64,000 nt of DNA from a candidate division WS6 bacterium GW2011_GWF2_39_15 (lineage in GTDB: Bacteria > Patescibacteriota > Dojkabacteria > SC72). The notes under the pieces were generated by a model. That model made no database searches, was not told the origin of the DNA, and saw nothing but the letters and a program-made list of their open reading frames with translations. The position numbers and the translations under genes are program-made. Shown here piece by piece: positions 1 through 11,680 of this stretch. The stretch lies in the NCBI GenBank assembly GCA_000993565.1, contig LBWK01000001.1:300208-364207 (forward strand), read 5' to 3'. How positions within the stretch are numbered: the stretch's first letter is position 1; every line of letters starts with the position of its first letter.

Positions 1-973
1 TCTTCTCGTCCACAGGAATAATCAAAGATAATATCTCCTCCTTTGATATAGAAGGATTAAACTGTCTTAACCAATTTATAATATAACTGACAGATTCTTT
101 GATCGGAGTGAGTCTATCACCTTGAGTCATTAGTATACGGGGCATAACACTCGGTTTACCGGGATACTTATCCTTTCTTCCCAATTCTTTGCACTTTGCA
201 ACAAAAGACTTCCAGTTAAGGGATTGCTCTTCACCATGAACATCAAGAAACGGGCTTACAAACTTCCCAACATATACTCCGGTAATACCTTTTGCAAAGC
301 TATATACAACTTTTGGTAGTATGTTTACAAATCTATCTCCAACGCCATTGAGTATATTAATTGCTGTAAATGTATTAATACCCCTTTCTTTAACAGCAGG
401 ATTAGATGCGTATACCTTATATCCCTCTTGGCACAAACTCAACGCAGCCTCTGCCCCTGAAGAGTGACCAACTATAACTGTCTTTTCGGGAGCCCCCCCC
501 ATATACTTGAGCACTATTTTCATCAATTTCTGATACTCCTCACTGCTGACATTTTCCTCACTGGCAGATCCTTCTTTTAGATTGGATCCCCCGAATCCGG
601 GGCAGTCCAGACCTAATGCAAGCCATTTCTTGCTAACCGGCTCAAGGTTTTTACCCAAGCTCGATACGAAAGAATTACCTGAGTCCCACGTCTTGCGATT
701 GGAGGCTAATCCTCCAGCAAGGACAAAACCGCATTCATTAAAAGATTCCTGAATCTCTCCGCTATCTCCCTCCGTCTTTCCCCATGCGTGCAGAGTTAAA
801 CCTTCATATTTATTCAGAAATTCCTTTTCTTCAGTAGGGAGAGGGGCATTCTCCGTATTTATCTTTAGGCTCCATTCTCGAAGACCATCTTTCCTCTGTT
901 TATCTTTTATTTCTTCCACCTCTATTCCGCGATCCTTCCAGGATAGATTTTCTAATGGGATATCTGGATTCAT
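1..973 (-). CDS. alpha/beta-hydrolase-fold protein, N-terminal part (3' end runs off the window); paralog of 2107..3984
   Basis: Absent from the ORF track because it is open to the window edge. Hand translation from ATG (971-973, minus) gives MNPDIPLENLSWKDRGIEVEEIKD..., and VIVGHSSGAE lies near 455-485. It is colinear with the 625-aa ORF, including the GHSSG (GxSxG) nucleophile elbow. Confidence 0.7.
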   Translation of the reverse strand, partial: MNPDIPLENLSWKDRGIEVEEIKDKQRKDGLREWSLKINTENAPLPTEEKEFLNKYEGLTLHAWGKTEGDSGEIQESFNECGFVLAGGLASNRKTWDSGNSFVSSLGKNLEPVSKKWLALGLDCPGFGGSNLKEGSASEENVSSEEYQKLMKIVLKYMGGAPEKTVIVGHSSGAEAALSLCQEGYKVYASNPAVKERGINTFTAINILNGVGDRFVNILPKVVYSFAKGITGVYVGKFVSPFLDVHGEEQSLNWKSFVAKCKELGRKDKYPGKPSVMPRILMTQGDRLTPIKESVSYIINWLRQFNPSISKEEILSLIIPVDEK

Positions 974-1073
974 ATAACGGTATTATACATAAATATTCAG
1001 GATCTTCCATCAGTGTCTCATTTATCCTTTCAAACGATTTATGATACTCTATGTATAATTAGCGTTCATAAAA

Positions 1074-1430
1074 ATGACAAAACCAAAAGAGAATAGTAAC
1101 AATCTCAAGACATTGATAATTGTCGCCGCTATTGTTGTAATAGTCCCCGTTCTTGCCTTAGGGGGGTTGTATCTATACTCCCAATTTCAAATGAATAGAT
1201 TAAAGTCCAATGGTAATTCGAACACTACAGATTTCTGTGCCAGTGTATGGATGCCCTTTGTTACATGTAAAGAAGGGTATACACAAGGATGCGTATACAA
1301 AGACTGCAAATGTGATGACCAAAGAGAGCTAAAAAATATACGTGTAGATGGATGTATTAAAGAGAATGATACCAATACACAGTATTCACTAGATGGAGTG
1401 TGTAAGAAAGCCTGCAAACAAACGGAGTAA
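1074..1430 (+). CDS. small membrane-anchored or secreted Cys-rich protein (8 Cys), function unknown
   Basis: N-terminal hydrophobic helix LIIVAAIVVIVPVLALGGLYLY is followed by a 60-aa segment with 8 cysteines. Confidence 0.5.
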   Translation: MTKPKENSNNLKTLIIVAAIVVIVPVLALGGLYLYSQFQMNRLKSNGNSNTTDFCASVWMPFVTCKEGYTQGCVYKDCKCDDQRELKNIRVDGCIKENDTNTQYSLDGVCKKACKQTE

Positions 1431-1503
1431 TGTTTTTTGTAGAAACCTTCCCCTTATATCCTGTATACTTCTAAGACGTTATGTAAAATAAACAAACTTA
1501 AAT

Positions 1504-2100
1504 ATGCTCAAGCAGAAAACACTCGTACTTTTCAAACCTGATGTTGTACAAAGACAAATAGTAGGGGAGATCCTTACAAGATTTGAACGGAAGGGCTTTA
1601 AAATAGTTGGAATGAAGATGGTACTCCCTACGGAGAGTCTTGCAAAAGAACACTACGAAACTACAGATGAACAGATAATTGGAATGGGAAATAAAACAAT
1701 TGTACTTGCTCAGGAACACGGAGAAGATACAAGCAAAATGGATGCACGGGAGATAGGTCTAAAGGTATGGCAAAGAAATGTTGACTATCTAAGCTGCGGC
1801 CCAATATTAGCTATAGTGATGCAAGGACCGCACATAATAGAGTCAGTGAGGAAAATGATTGGAGTTACGAATCCGTTTATGGCTGATGTAGGGACAATTA
1901 GAGCTGATTATTCACCTGATTCAATTACACTCTCATCAAGTAGCGATAGAACAACAAGGACTATGCTACATGCATCAGACAGCGAAAAAAGTGCTCAGAG
2001 AGAAATAGCTCTCTGGTTTAAAAAGGGAGAGATTTTCGAGTACGAGACGGCAATTGAGAAGGTTCTTTTTGATGTAAGCTGGAGTTTGAAGCGTAAATAA
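1504..2100 (+). CDS. ndk: nucleoside diphosphate kinase with an internal insertion of about 50 aa
   Basis: LVLFKPDVVQRQIVGEILTRFERKGFKIVGMKMV and the active-site region TMLHASDSEKSAQREIALWF. It is 198 aa against about 140-150 typical. Confidence 0.85.
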   Translation: MLKQKTLVLFKPDVVQRQIVGEILTRFERKGFKIVGMKMVLPTESLAKEHYETTDEQIIGMGNKTIVLAQEHGEDTSKMDAREIGLKVWQRNVDYLSCGPILAIVMQGPHIIESVRKMIGVTNPFMADVGTIRADYSPDSITLSSSSDRTTRTMLHASDSEKSAQREIALWFKKGEIFEYETAIEKVLFDVSWSLKRK

Positions 2101-2106
2101 AGCTTA

Positions 2107-3984
2107 TTATTTGCTATATCTTGATTGCATTAATTTGTTTTTAGCCTCTGCTACTTGAGCAATCTGCTGAAAACCAACGGCTGTACAGATCTTCAAATCT
2201 TCTTTCGCACTTATAAAGCTATCGAAGAACTTACTAAATTTGAAAGATGTTAAATGATGTGCATACATAACAACTAACTGCATAACAATCTCATCTCTTA
2301 CTTTCAAGAAAAAGCTATCTACTAAATCGTCAGTCGGTTCCATTCCTTCTTTCTTCCCAATTACTTTCAATGTGCCTTCTTTGGCCAACTCCGCAAATAT
2401 GGGATGAAGCGAAGTCGCCAAAAAGGTACTTTCACCATCAAAATCGGCACTATAACGGTCAAAAAACCGGACAATGTTTTTCATCTCATTTGCGACAAAC
2501 TCAGGTTCATTTCCAACCTCCACTTTATTTCTTTCGAGTAAGAAAGGGTGAGCTAATACTCTAGTAATTATTGGTTCGATAGCACTCGTAGGGAGCGTTA
2601 CTAAATAGTCATCAAATTGCGGATCTCCGCTATGGGAAGGTATCAGAACCTTATCAAGTTTAGAAAGCTCTTCAGACAAATTAGCAAATGTCTCTAGAGA
2701 GTATGTGATGAATCCGAGCTCCTTAATTCTACTGTTTGAATATTTTATCTCATCCAGTACTCTCTCGTTAAGTTTCAATCCTTGTGCATAATCATCAAGA
2801 AGTGAACTTATTAATCCATTAGAAGCCAAAACAGGGACTTTAAAGTCTTTTTTACCTTTCTTTAAAGCTACATAATCAGTCATACTTCCGGTAACCGCTT
2901 CCGCCACATTATCATCCTCATACATCCCATTATGCCCAACACTCTTTGATAACTCTTCGCTTATCGGGATAATCGTTCTCAAGATTCTCTCCTTTAGACT
3001 ATTACTATCCGTAAACCTGGAAAACCAATCACATATAACGGGGATTGACTCAACAATCGGAGTTAGTTTATCGCCCTGGGCTAGAAGTAAAGTAGGTTCT
3101 ACTGTCGGAGCAATTTTAAGAGGAGAATCGATAAGTTCCAACTCTTTTGATTTATAAACAAACGCCTTCCAAAAAAGCTTTTCCTGTCTAGAGTGAATTC
3201 CTAGCATTTCACCACCAAATTTCCCTAAATACAAAGCAGTGATTCCCACAGCAAAAGGATGAACAATAATAGAAGCGGCAGGAATTCTTTGAACACTATC
3301 ACCAATACCATTTAAAGCATTAATATTTTTGAATGCATTTTCTTCAGAATTTTTAACGGCCGGGTTACACGAAAACACTTTATATCCTTTGGTGCTAAAT
3401 GGCAGCACCGCTTCCGCTCCTGAGGAGTGACCTACTAGAACCGTACTCTTATCATCTGGATTTAAAACTTTTAAAGCTATTGATATTAGCTTTTGATAAT
3501 CTTCACTACTTACATTTTCTACACTTTCTAACCCCTTTTTAAGTGCTGAGCCGCCGAATCCCGGGCAGTCAATTGCAACTCCCATCCACTTTCCGGCAAT
3601 TGGATCAAGTTTTCTTCCTAATCTTGTTACGAACGAGTTTTTCTTTGTATCCCACACTTCATAGTTTGAAGCCAGTCCACCGGCAAAAAGAAGTCCGCAA
3701 TTCATAAAAGCCTCATGCATTTCTTCTATTCCACCTTCAACATTGCCCCAGGCATGAAAGGATAAATCGTCATACTTCTTAAGAAATTCTCTTTCTTCTT
3801 CACTTAAATTAGAGTTCTCAGCATCTATCCTTAGTTTCCATTCTTGTAGACCATCACTTCTTTCTTTATCTTTTATTTCCTCCACAATTAATCCGCGAGC
3901 TTTCCACACAGGGACATTTGAACCCTCAAAGTTTGATGATGAACTGGCTGGATAAATAGAATCTTGTGAATTGTTTTCAGTCAT
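2107..3984 (-). CDS. alpha/beta-hydrolase-fold protein with a C-terminal domain of unknown function (about 300 aa)
   Basis: CPGFGGS and VLVGHSSGAE (GxSxG) motifs. The N-terminal 330 aa are paralogous to the partial ORF at 1..973. Confidence 0.7.
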   Translation of the reverse strand: MTENNSQDSIYPASSSSNFEGSNVPVWKARGLIVEEIKDKERSDGLQEWKLRIDAENSNLSEEEREFLKKYDDLSFHAWGNVEGGIEEMHEAFMNCGLLFAGGLASNYEVWDTKKNSFVTRLGRKLDPIAGKWMGVAIDCPGFGGSALKKGLESVENVSSEDYQKLISIALKVLNPDDKSTVLVGHSSGAEAVLPFSTKGYKVFSCNPAVKNSEENAFKNINALNGIGDSVQRIPAASIIVHPFAVGITALYLGKFGGEMLGIHSRQEKLFWKAFVYKSKELELIDSPLKIAPTVEPTLLLAQGDKLTPIVESIPVICDWFSRFTDSNSLKERILRTIIPISEELSKSVGHNGMYEDDNVAEAVTGSMTDYVALKKGKKDFKVPVLASNGLISSLLDDYAQGLKLNERVLDEIKYSNSRIKELGFITYSLETFANLSEELSKLDKVLIPSHSGDPQFDDYLVTLPTSAIEPIITRVLAHPFLLERNKVEVGNEPEFVANEMKNIVRFFDRYSADFDGESTFLATSLHPIFAELAKEGTLKVIGKKEGMEPTDDLVDSFFLKVRDEIVMQLVVMYAHHLTSFKFSKFFDSFISAKEDLKICTAVGFQQIAQVAEAKNKLMQSRYSK

Positions 3985-4075
3985 ATGTAATACGGATTCT
4001 GTGTATTTCTATCTTGATTATACACAATGACTTTAAAGCCACAAGGGAGAGTTATTATCAGCTATTTAAGTTTCA

Positions 4076-4215
4076 CCATAGAGTAGGGGAGTTTCATACA
4101 TCATCTTTAGTAATAGATTGGAATGGAAAATAAAACTATTATACTTGCACAGGGATATGGAGAAGATACTTCCAAAATGAATGCAACAGAAACCGCTGAT
4201 CATCTATTACTTAAA
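4076..4215 (+). pseudogene. degraded, internally deleted ndk fragment
   Basis: 4120-4190 aligns to ndk 1680-1750 at roughly 80% nucleotide identity by hand (MENKTIILAQGYGEDTSKMNATE vs MGNKTIVLAQEHGEDTSKMDARE). 4076-4095 matches ndk 1554-1573. The rest of ndk is missing. Confidence 0.6.
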
Positions 4216-4231
4216 GGGCATCATATTTCGA

Positions 4232-4483
4232 TTAGGTATTTAACTCGACTCCTGGAGAATTTTCTGAAGTATCACTATTTAGCCAAAGCGTTTTACACAG
4301 AAATGAGACCGTCGTAATCTCGCTATCACTCTTTGCAAAAGTGAAAGAGGCGGTATCATCTAAATATATCTGGTCGAAAAGCATCCCACTTTCATCATAC
4401 ACCCTATTTACTGCGTAGTTACTTTCTTCCTCAACTTCTATAATTCCATGGACTATAATATATCTATCTCCATCCCATACCAT
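4232..4483 (-). CDS. hypothetical protein; in frame with the upstream lipoprotein-signal ORF across one TAA
   Basis: 83-aa ORF. Only 15 nt and one TAA (4499-4501) separate it, in the same frame, from the ORF at 4499..4657. Confidence 0.35.
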   Translation of the reverse strand: MVWDGDRYIIVHGIIEVEEESNYAVNRVYDESGMLFDQIYLDDTASFTFAKSDSEITTVSFLCKTLWLNSDTSENSPGVELNT

Positions 4484-4498
4484 CGTAGCATATGAATA

Positions 4499-4657
4499 TT
4501 ATTTACCAACGTTAATATAACCCCGGGACTCCATATTAAAGGCACAAACTTCAGGTGATTCAGTGGGCTGAACTCTCAAGTCTTGATTTGTTGAAGACTT
4601 GCACCCTGAAAGAGCCAGACCTAAAATAAGAAATGGAATCGCAAACTGTTTTTTCAT
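4499..4657 (-). CDS. short ORF encoding a lipoprotein signal peptide plus about 30 aa
   Basis: MKKQFAIPFLILGLALSGC carries a lipobox (LSGC). I placed the start at the internal ATG (4655-4657) of track ORF 4499..4720. Confidence 0.45.
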   Translation of the reverse strand: MKKQFAIPFLILGLALSGCKSSTNQDLRVQPTESPEVCAFNMESRGYINVGK

Positions 4658-4839
4658 AGCGCATATTATATCATAGTTTATTCCAAAATCCTGTTCTACA
4701 AAGCAAAAAATAGCTAACAAAAAGCAAAGAAATGGGTGTAGTGATTAGAAGCCGTTTCACAAAGCGGAGGAGGTTTCATAATGCTTTATGTTTAACAGTC
4801 TTGGAGTTATACTAAGCGATAATTTATATACAAAACACT

Positions 4840-5316
4840 ATGGATAGCCAGGAATTAAAGTCACTTGTATCAAACTACCTCTCAACTCAGAAACTCATGT
4901 CACTTGCTACTTTTTCCGATACTCCATGGATCGCAAATCTATATTATGTTCATGATAGTGATTTAAATCTATACTTTGTGAGCAAAGCATGGAGAGAACA
5001 CTCAAAAGCTATAGATATCAATCCTAATGTTGCAGTCGCAATTGCAGATTCACATCAGCCTATATATCTCCCTCAGAAAGGAATTCAGTTGCATGGAACG
5101 GCCCAAAAGATTAAAAGTATTAAAAAACTGGAGTGGATGTTTAATATGTGGAATAAGCTGATAACGGAAGGGCAGGGCGAGAAGATGGAAGATCCTAAGA
5201 AGTTCATAGACGCAGCCGTTTCAAATGTATATAAGATCTCACCTAAAAGAATAAAGTTCTTCAACACACAGCTATGGCCGAAAGAGCAGTTTCAGATATT
5301 GGATTTAGCTGATTAA
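4840..5316 (+). CDS. pyridoxamine 5'-phosphate oxidase-like (split-barrel FMN-binding) family protein
   Basis: Size (158 aa) and the pattern LMSLATFSDTPWIANLYYVHDSDLNLYFVS resemble the general-stress-protein-26/PNPOx-like family. Recognised by eye only. Confidence 0.45.
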   Translation: MDSQELKSLVSNYLSTQKLMSLATFSDTPWIANLYYVHDSDLNLYFVSKAWREHSKAIDINPNVAVAIADSHQPIYLPQKGIQLHGTAQKIKSIKKLEWMFNMWNKLITEGQGEKMEDPKKFIDAAVSNVYKISPKRIKFFNTQLWPKEQFQILDLAD

Positions 5317-5373
5317 TTTCTATATTCTCTCCTTAAAAAAAACATTTCATTTAAATGTTAGAATGTCAATGAG

Positions 5374-5970
5374 ATGCAGATTACAGACACAAATCAAAAA
5401 TCATTCACACTTCCGACACGACTATCATCAAAAGCTCGCGCCCGCTCTTTAACCACCACCATTATCGCTGTCATCGTGCTTATACTCGCATACTCTTTTA
5501 ATATCACCAATCCGGAAAGCCAGCCCGGTGTAAAATCCGCACAAGATTTCAGTATTGATGAGAACAAGTTCTACGAGGTAACAAAGGTAGTAGACGGAGA
5601 TACAATAAAAGTATCTGAATTAGGAACTTTAAGAATGATCGGGATTGATACGCCAGAGATTGTAGATCCGCGAAAACCTGTTGAATGTTTTGGTAGGGAG
5701 GCCTCAGATAAAGCCAAGGATCTTTTATTAGGTAAGAAAGTAAGGTTGGAAGTAGATAATTCACAGGAGAGAATAGACAGGTATGACAGACTGCTTGTTT
5801 ATGTCTATACAAAAGACGGGCTTTTCTTCAATCAGGAGATGATCAGACAGGGGTATGCACACGAATATACGTATTCAGTACCCTACAAATACCAGATTGA
5901 TTTCAGAAATGCACAAAGAGATGCACAGGAGAATAATAGGGGCTTGTGGGGAGCAAAGTGCAATAATTGA
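5374..5970 (+). CDS. nuc: membrane-anchored thermonuclease (staphylococcal nuclease, SNase fold)
   Basis: VVDGDTIKV, IGIDTPE, ECFGREASDKAKDLLLGKKVRLE, DRYDRLLVYVY and QEMIRQGYA, with an N-terminal TM helix. Confidence 0.85.
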   Translation: MQITDTNQKSFTLPTRLSSKARARSLTTTIIAVIVLILAYSFNITNPESQPGVKSAQDFSIDENKFYEVTKVVDGDTIKVSELGTLRMIGIDTPEIVDPRKPVECFGREASDKAKDLLLGKKVRLEVDNSQERIDRYDRLLVYVYTKDGLFFNQEMIRQGYAHEYTYSVPYKYQIDFRNAQRDAQENNRGLWGAKCNN

Positions 5971-6064
5971 ACCGTAACATTTGCCTTCCCCGTATCATGA
6001 TAGTAGAATGTATTAGCGATATAAAACATAGGCTTTAGATATATAAATTATTATCTAAAAACAT

Positions 6065-6538
6065 ATGCTACTTAACAGTCCTTCAATTATTCACGATAGT
6101 GAGATCCCACCCCAATACACTTGTGATGGAGAGAACATCAACCCGCCTTTTACAATCTCCTATGTACCGCAAAATGCACAAAGCCTGGTCTTTCTTGTCG
6201 AAGACCCGGATGCCCCTGCAGGACTATGGGTACACTGGATGATATGGAATATGGATCCTAAAATGACAGAGATAAGAGAAGGTGAAGTACCAAAAGGAGC
6301 TGTCGGAATGAACTCGGGAATGACCAATGACTGGTATCCTATATGCCCTCCAGAAGGAGAACATCGATATCACTTCAAACTCTTCGCTTTAGATACAATG
6401 CTGGAACTGGATGAGAAAACCGTAACAAGAGAAGACCTTCTTGCTGCAATGGAAGATCATATTGTTGCAAAAGCAGAGTTAGTTGGGAGATATACGAAAG
6501 CTGAAAATAAAGTTACTTTGGAACAGCCCACGACCTAG
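6065..6538 (+). CDS. YbhB/YbcL-family phosphatidylethanolamine-binding protein (PEBP)
   Basis: LVFLVEDPDAPAGLWVHWMIWNM and HRYHFKLFALD motifs. Confidence 0.85.
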   Translation: MLLNSPSIIHDSEIPPQYTCDGENINPPFTISYVPQNAQSLVFLVEDPDAPAGLWVHWMIWNMDPKMTEIREGEVPKGAVGMNSGMTNDWYPICPPEGEHRYHFKLFALDTMLELDEKTVTREDLLAAMEDHIVAKAELVGRYTKAENKVTLEQPTT

Positions 6539-6611
6539 TCCTTACTCTGTAGCGACAAACTGTAGATATTTTAGTGCTATACTTTGTATAGTAATATCAT
6601 TTTGAACTTGT

Positions 6612-7184
6612 TTGGAAACTGAAAATCCTCAATATATACTACTCATGAAAGCCGGCCCATACTGCGGATACACTCTCCCTGAGATTATTGAGATAAAGCA
6701 GAAAGAAGAGAAGAAGACCGGAAAATTCTTCTGGGGATATAGCGGAGTTTTTTGTCATCCAAAAACACTGCAAAACTTTGTTCTTCAATCTATATCAAAT
6801 AGCAAAAAGGTATATATCCTGCTCACCGAAACGAAGTCCTCATTTGAAACTCCAAAGGTTGAACAGTTCACAAAGTATTCTACAGATACTAACCACTGGT
6901 TAAATCTACCTGAAGAAATCCTCCTGGTTGGCAATAAATCCAGACCTCACTTTGCAATAACGGGAAACAAATTACATGCTGTAGAGATGAATCTGGATAT
7001 AAGCCAATACTGTCTGTTGAATGGTTTACTAATAAACAAGGACCGATATCTAAACAACTACTTTAAATACAGAGTAGACAAAGCCTGCGGTTACTATTCC
7101 CCAAGAGAAGACTATACAGAAAAGATAATAAAAGTGAACTATCTAGCAGAACTGGTTTCTCCATACTCAATCTATATAAAGTGA
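6612..7184 (+). CDS. hypothetical protein
   Basis: 190-aa ORF with a TTG start in the track (an alternative ATG gives MKAGPYCGY). No recognisable motifs. Confidence 0.4.
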   Translation: METENPQYILLMKAGPYCGYTLPEIIEIKQKEEKKTGKFFWGYSGVFCHPKTLQNFVLQSISNSKKVYILLTETKSSFETPKVEQFTKYSTDTNHWLNLPEEILLVGNKSRPHFAITGNKLHAVEMNLDISQYCLLNGLLINKDRYLNNYFKYRVDKACGYYSPREDYTEKIIKVNYLAELVSPYSIYIK

Positions 7185-7289
7185 GGTGAATCAACATTTG
7201 GGTGGTTTTTGATCTTTACCCACAACTCCTCTACTCTCACAAGATATTGCCCTACTTCTAATTGATCCCTTTTATCCTTCGGAGTATAA

Positions 7290-7721
7290 TTGCATATTTC
7301 ACTGCCAATAAATTATAAAACAAGTCAAATGGCGGATACCTCACAGGTCGCAATACAAGACCACGAAGGAACTAGCGAAAGCCCTGCAGTCGCAGAGGCA
7401 AAAAAGGCTCTTAGAAAGTGGGGCGTAGAATTAGAAGAGACTGAAATAACCATACAGACTGTTGGTGATGTAAATGCTCTAAACCAAGGAGAGTTCTTCT
7501 TCAGCTCTAGTTCATACAGAAATTTAGTCCTTGCTTTAAAAGAAGGCCCAGATGGTATATCCGTGATAATCGGTGACCCAACACAATATGATCAGGGAGT
7601 GGCAGTACTCCCTTTTAGTGTATTCATAAACTTTATTATGTCGGGAGATATTCTCGTTGAGTGTGGGACGAGTTTTAATGACGTAAACCTAAAAGAATTA
7701 TATCCTACCGTCTATCAATAG
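7290..7721 (+). CDS. hypothetical protein
   Basis: 143-aa ORF with a TTG start in the track. An ATG at 7330 (MADTSQV) is a plausible real start. Confidence 0.35.
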   Translation: MHISLPINYKTSQMADTSQVAIQDHEGTSESPAVAEAKKALRKWGVELEETEITIQTVGDVNALNQGEFFFSSSSYRNLVLALKEGPDGISVIIGDPTQYDQGVAVLPFSVFINFIMSGDILVECGTSFNDVNLKELYPTVYQ

Positions 7722-7740
7722 ATATCTGACACGATATTAA

Positions 7741-9729
<1,989 letters not shown>

Positions 9730-9766
9730 CCTTTATATTCTTTCCTTACAGGCTTATAATCCCAGT

Positions 9767-10753
9767 ATGCTTCTAACAATACCCGCTACATATCCTGAAC
9801 AGACTGTAATCAAGTACTATCAAACTGTTCAATCTCCTCTGTTTGTAGGTCTGGACTCAGCCGTTCTACTTAAATCCACTGAGAAATACCTCGACACTGT
9901 TAAGCCCTCAGGAATAATACTGCTGGGTAACAATATTGAGAATTATGAACAGACTAAAAAATTGATCTCAGATATAAAAAAATATGCACAGAAAAAAGGT
10001 ATTAGTATAGAGATCTCCATCGATGAAGAAGGAGGGCTTGTTTCAAGATTAAAAAATTTAAACGGATATCCCAGAGACTTTACGGGAATCAGCGATTACA
10101 ATTCGAAAACCGCCTCCAAACAGGCTGACTATATGAAGCAGATTGGAATAAACCTAAACTTAGCACCCGTTGCTGACATCGCGTACAAAAACTCTGTGAT
10201 GACAACCAGAAGTGCAGGAGAGACCTCGGTTAAAGTATCTGAGGTTATTTCATCATATATAGATATTCTTCACGCAAATAATATTGAGAGCTCTGTAAAG
10301 CACTTTCCCGGTCTCGGAAGAACCACCTCTGACACGCATTTCTCTCAAACTACGGTGGGAATAAACTACAGGCAGTGGTTAGTTACAGACTCAATCCCTT
10401 TTAAGACTGCCGTCGATAACGGGACAGATTATGTAATGACAGGACATGTTATTTACAACCAAATAGACTCACTTCCTGCGAGTATATCTCCAAAATGGAC
10501 CGAGATATTAAGAAACGAGCTTCACTTTGAAGGCAGGATTATAACCGACGATTTAAAGATGGTAGGGGTAGGGGAGTATGGAAACACCTATCTATGTAAT
10601 AACAAAAAGAAAGTTTCAGGGAAAGATAAGTATGCTGTCATAATAAAGAAGGCTTTAGATGCAGGAACCAACAACCCTTTGCTCATTCTTAACCAGCAGG
10701 ATACTATCAATGCTACAAAAGATTGGATACTCATTGAAAAAGAGTGTATATAA
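9767..10753 (+). CDS. glycoside hydrolase family 3 N-terminal-domain protein (NagZ-like beta-N-acetylhexosaminidase)
   Basis: IDEEGGLVSRL, KHFPGLGRTTSDTH and IITDDLKM motifs. Confidence 0.75.
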   Translation: MLLTIPATYPEQTVIKYYQTVQSPLFVGLDSAVLLKSTEKYLDTVKPSGIILLGNNIENYEQTKKLISDIKKYAQKKGISIEISIDEEGGLVSRLKNLNGYPRDFTGISDYNSKTASKQADYMKQIGINLNLAPVADIAYKNSVMTTRSAGETSVKVSEVISSYIDILHANNIESSVKHFPGLGRTTSDTHFSQTTVGINYRQWLVTDSIPFKTAVDNGTDYVMTGHVIYNQIDSLPASISPKWTEILRNELHFEGRIITDDLKMVGVGEYGNTYLCNNKKKVSGKDKYAVIIKKALDAGTNNPLLILNQQDTINATKDWILIEKECI

Positions 10754-10789
10754 CAATATAATGAGATATTAATTTGAAAATATCGCACG

Positions 10790-11617
10790 ATGATTAATCT
10801 TGAAAACGCTGTAAAATTCCCCTTTGAGGATAAAGACTGGCTCAAAACAGTCGGGGTATATTTTTTGATCAGTTTAGGACTTGCGATAATAACCTTTGTA
10901 CTTCAGACAACTTTTCAACTTCCTGCAGATATCTTTAATACAATAGCAAAAGAAACTGAGACTGAGTCCTTTAAATATCTTGCAACCAGTACAAACGCCA
11001 TTTCGGCTTTTTTCAATATGATTGTATCTTTGGTTACATTCCCGGTAACCTTGTACCTATCAGGTTATCTCTTTGATGTGGTAGGACATATCATGTATGG
11101 AAAGAAGCCCGAAATCACTCCGCATGGAAATATATGGCAGAGGGTAAAGTTTGGGATTGTGAAGGTGGTAATAGGATTTGTGCTTGGTATGACTTCTCTT
11201 CTGCTCCTTGGATTTCCCATACTTACAGGAGCAGCAGCTGCAATATCGATGGAAAGCATGATTGTAGTGAGCATCCTTTTATGGATTGCGACAGGAGTTC
11301 TTTTCCTTTTATGGCTTTTTACCTGCGTCATAATAGTAAAGTTTGCAATGTACAGCATGGAGTATTTGTATCTATCCGAAGGATTCAAAAATGTCTTTGT
11401 TCTTTCAAAAGTTTCGGCCCTCATTTCCAACAACTGGAAAAAGTATCTTCTCCTTCTTGGGCTTGAGATATTAGGGGCGATAGCAATCTCCCTCTCCTTT
11501 GTCACATGCTGTATGGCCTTCTTTGTATACCCGGCAGTAGCAACCGTTGTAGCATTTGCTTTGGCATACTGTTACGGCACTGTATACAAGGAGATATATA
11601 CCTCTTCTAGGGTTTAA
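10790..11617 (+). CDS. polytopic membrane protein, DUF4013-like
   Basis: The N-terminal FPFEDKDWLKTVGVYFLI signature and multiple TM helices. Confidence 0.5.
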   Translation: MINLENAVKFPFEDKDWLKTVGVYFLISLGLAIITFVLQTTFQLPADIFNTIAKETETESFKYLATSTNAISAFFNMIVSLVTFPVTLYLSGYLFDVVGHIMYGKKPEITPHGNIWQRVKFGIVKVVIGFVLGMTSLLLLGFPILTGAAAAISMESMIVVSILLWIATGVLFLLWLFTCVIIVKFAMYSMEYLYLSEGFKNVFVLSKVSALISNNWKKYLLLLGLEILGAIAISLSFVTCCMAFFVYPAVATVVAFALAYCYGTVYKEIYTSSRV

Positions 11618-11680
11618 CAAAACCGCCTTTTTAGGGTATCATGGTTAGACAGGCAACGTATAATTTAGATACTACAAGTT

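Noticed and set aside
4123-4317. 64-aa ORF called in the track
   Set aside because: Its first 25 residues or so are a diverged copy of an internal Ndk segment with no Ndk N or C terminus. I interpret it as a pseudogene relic, not a gene.
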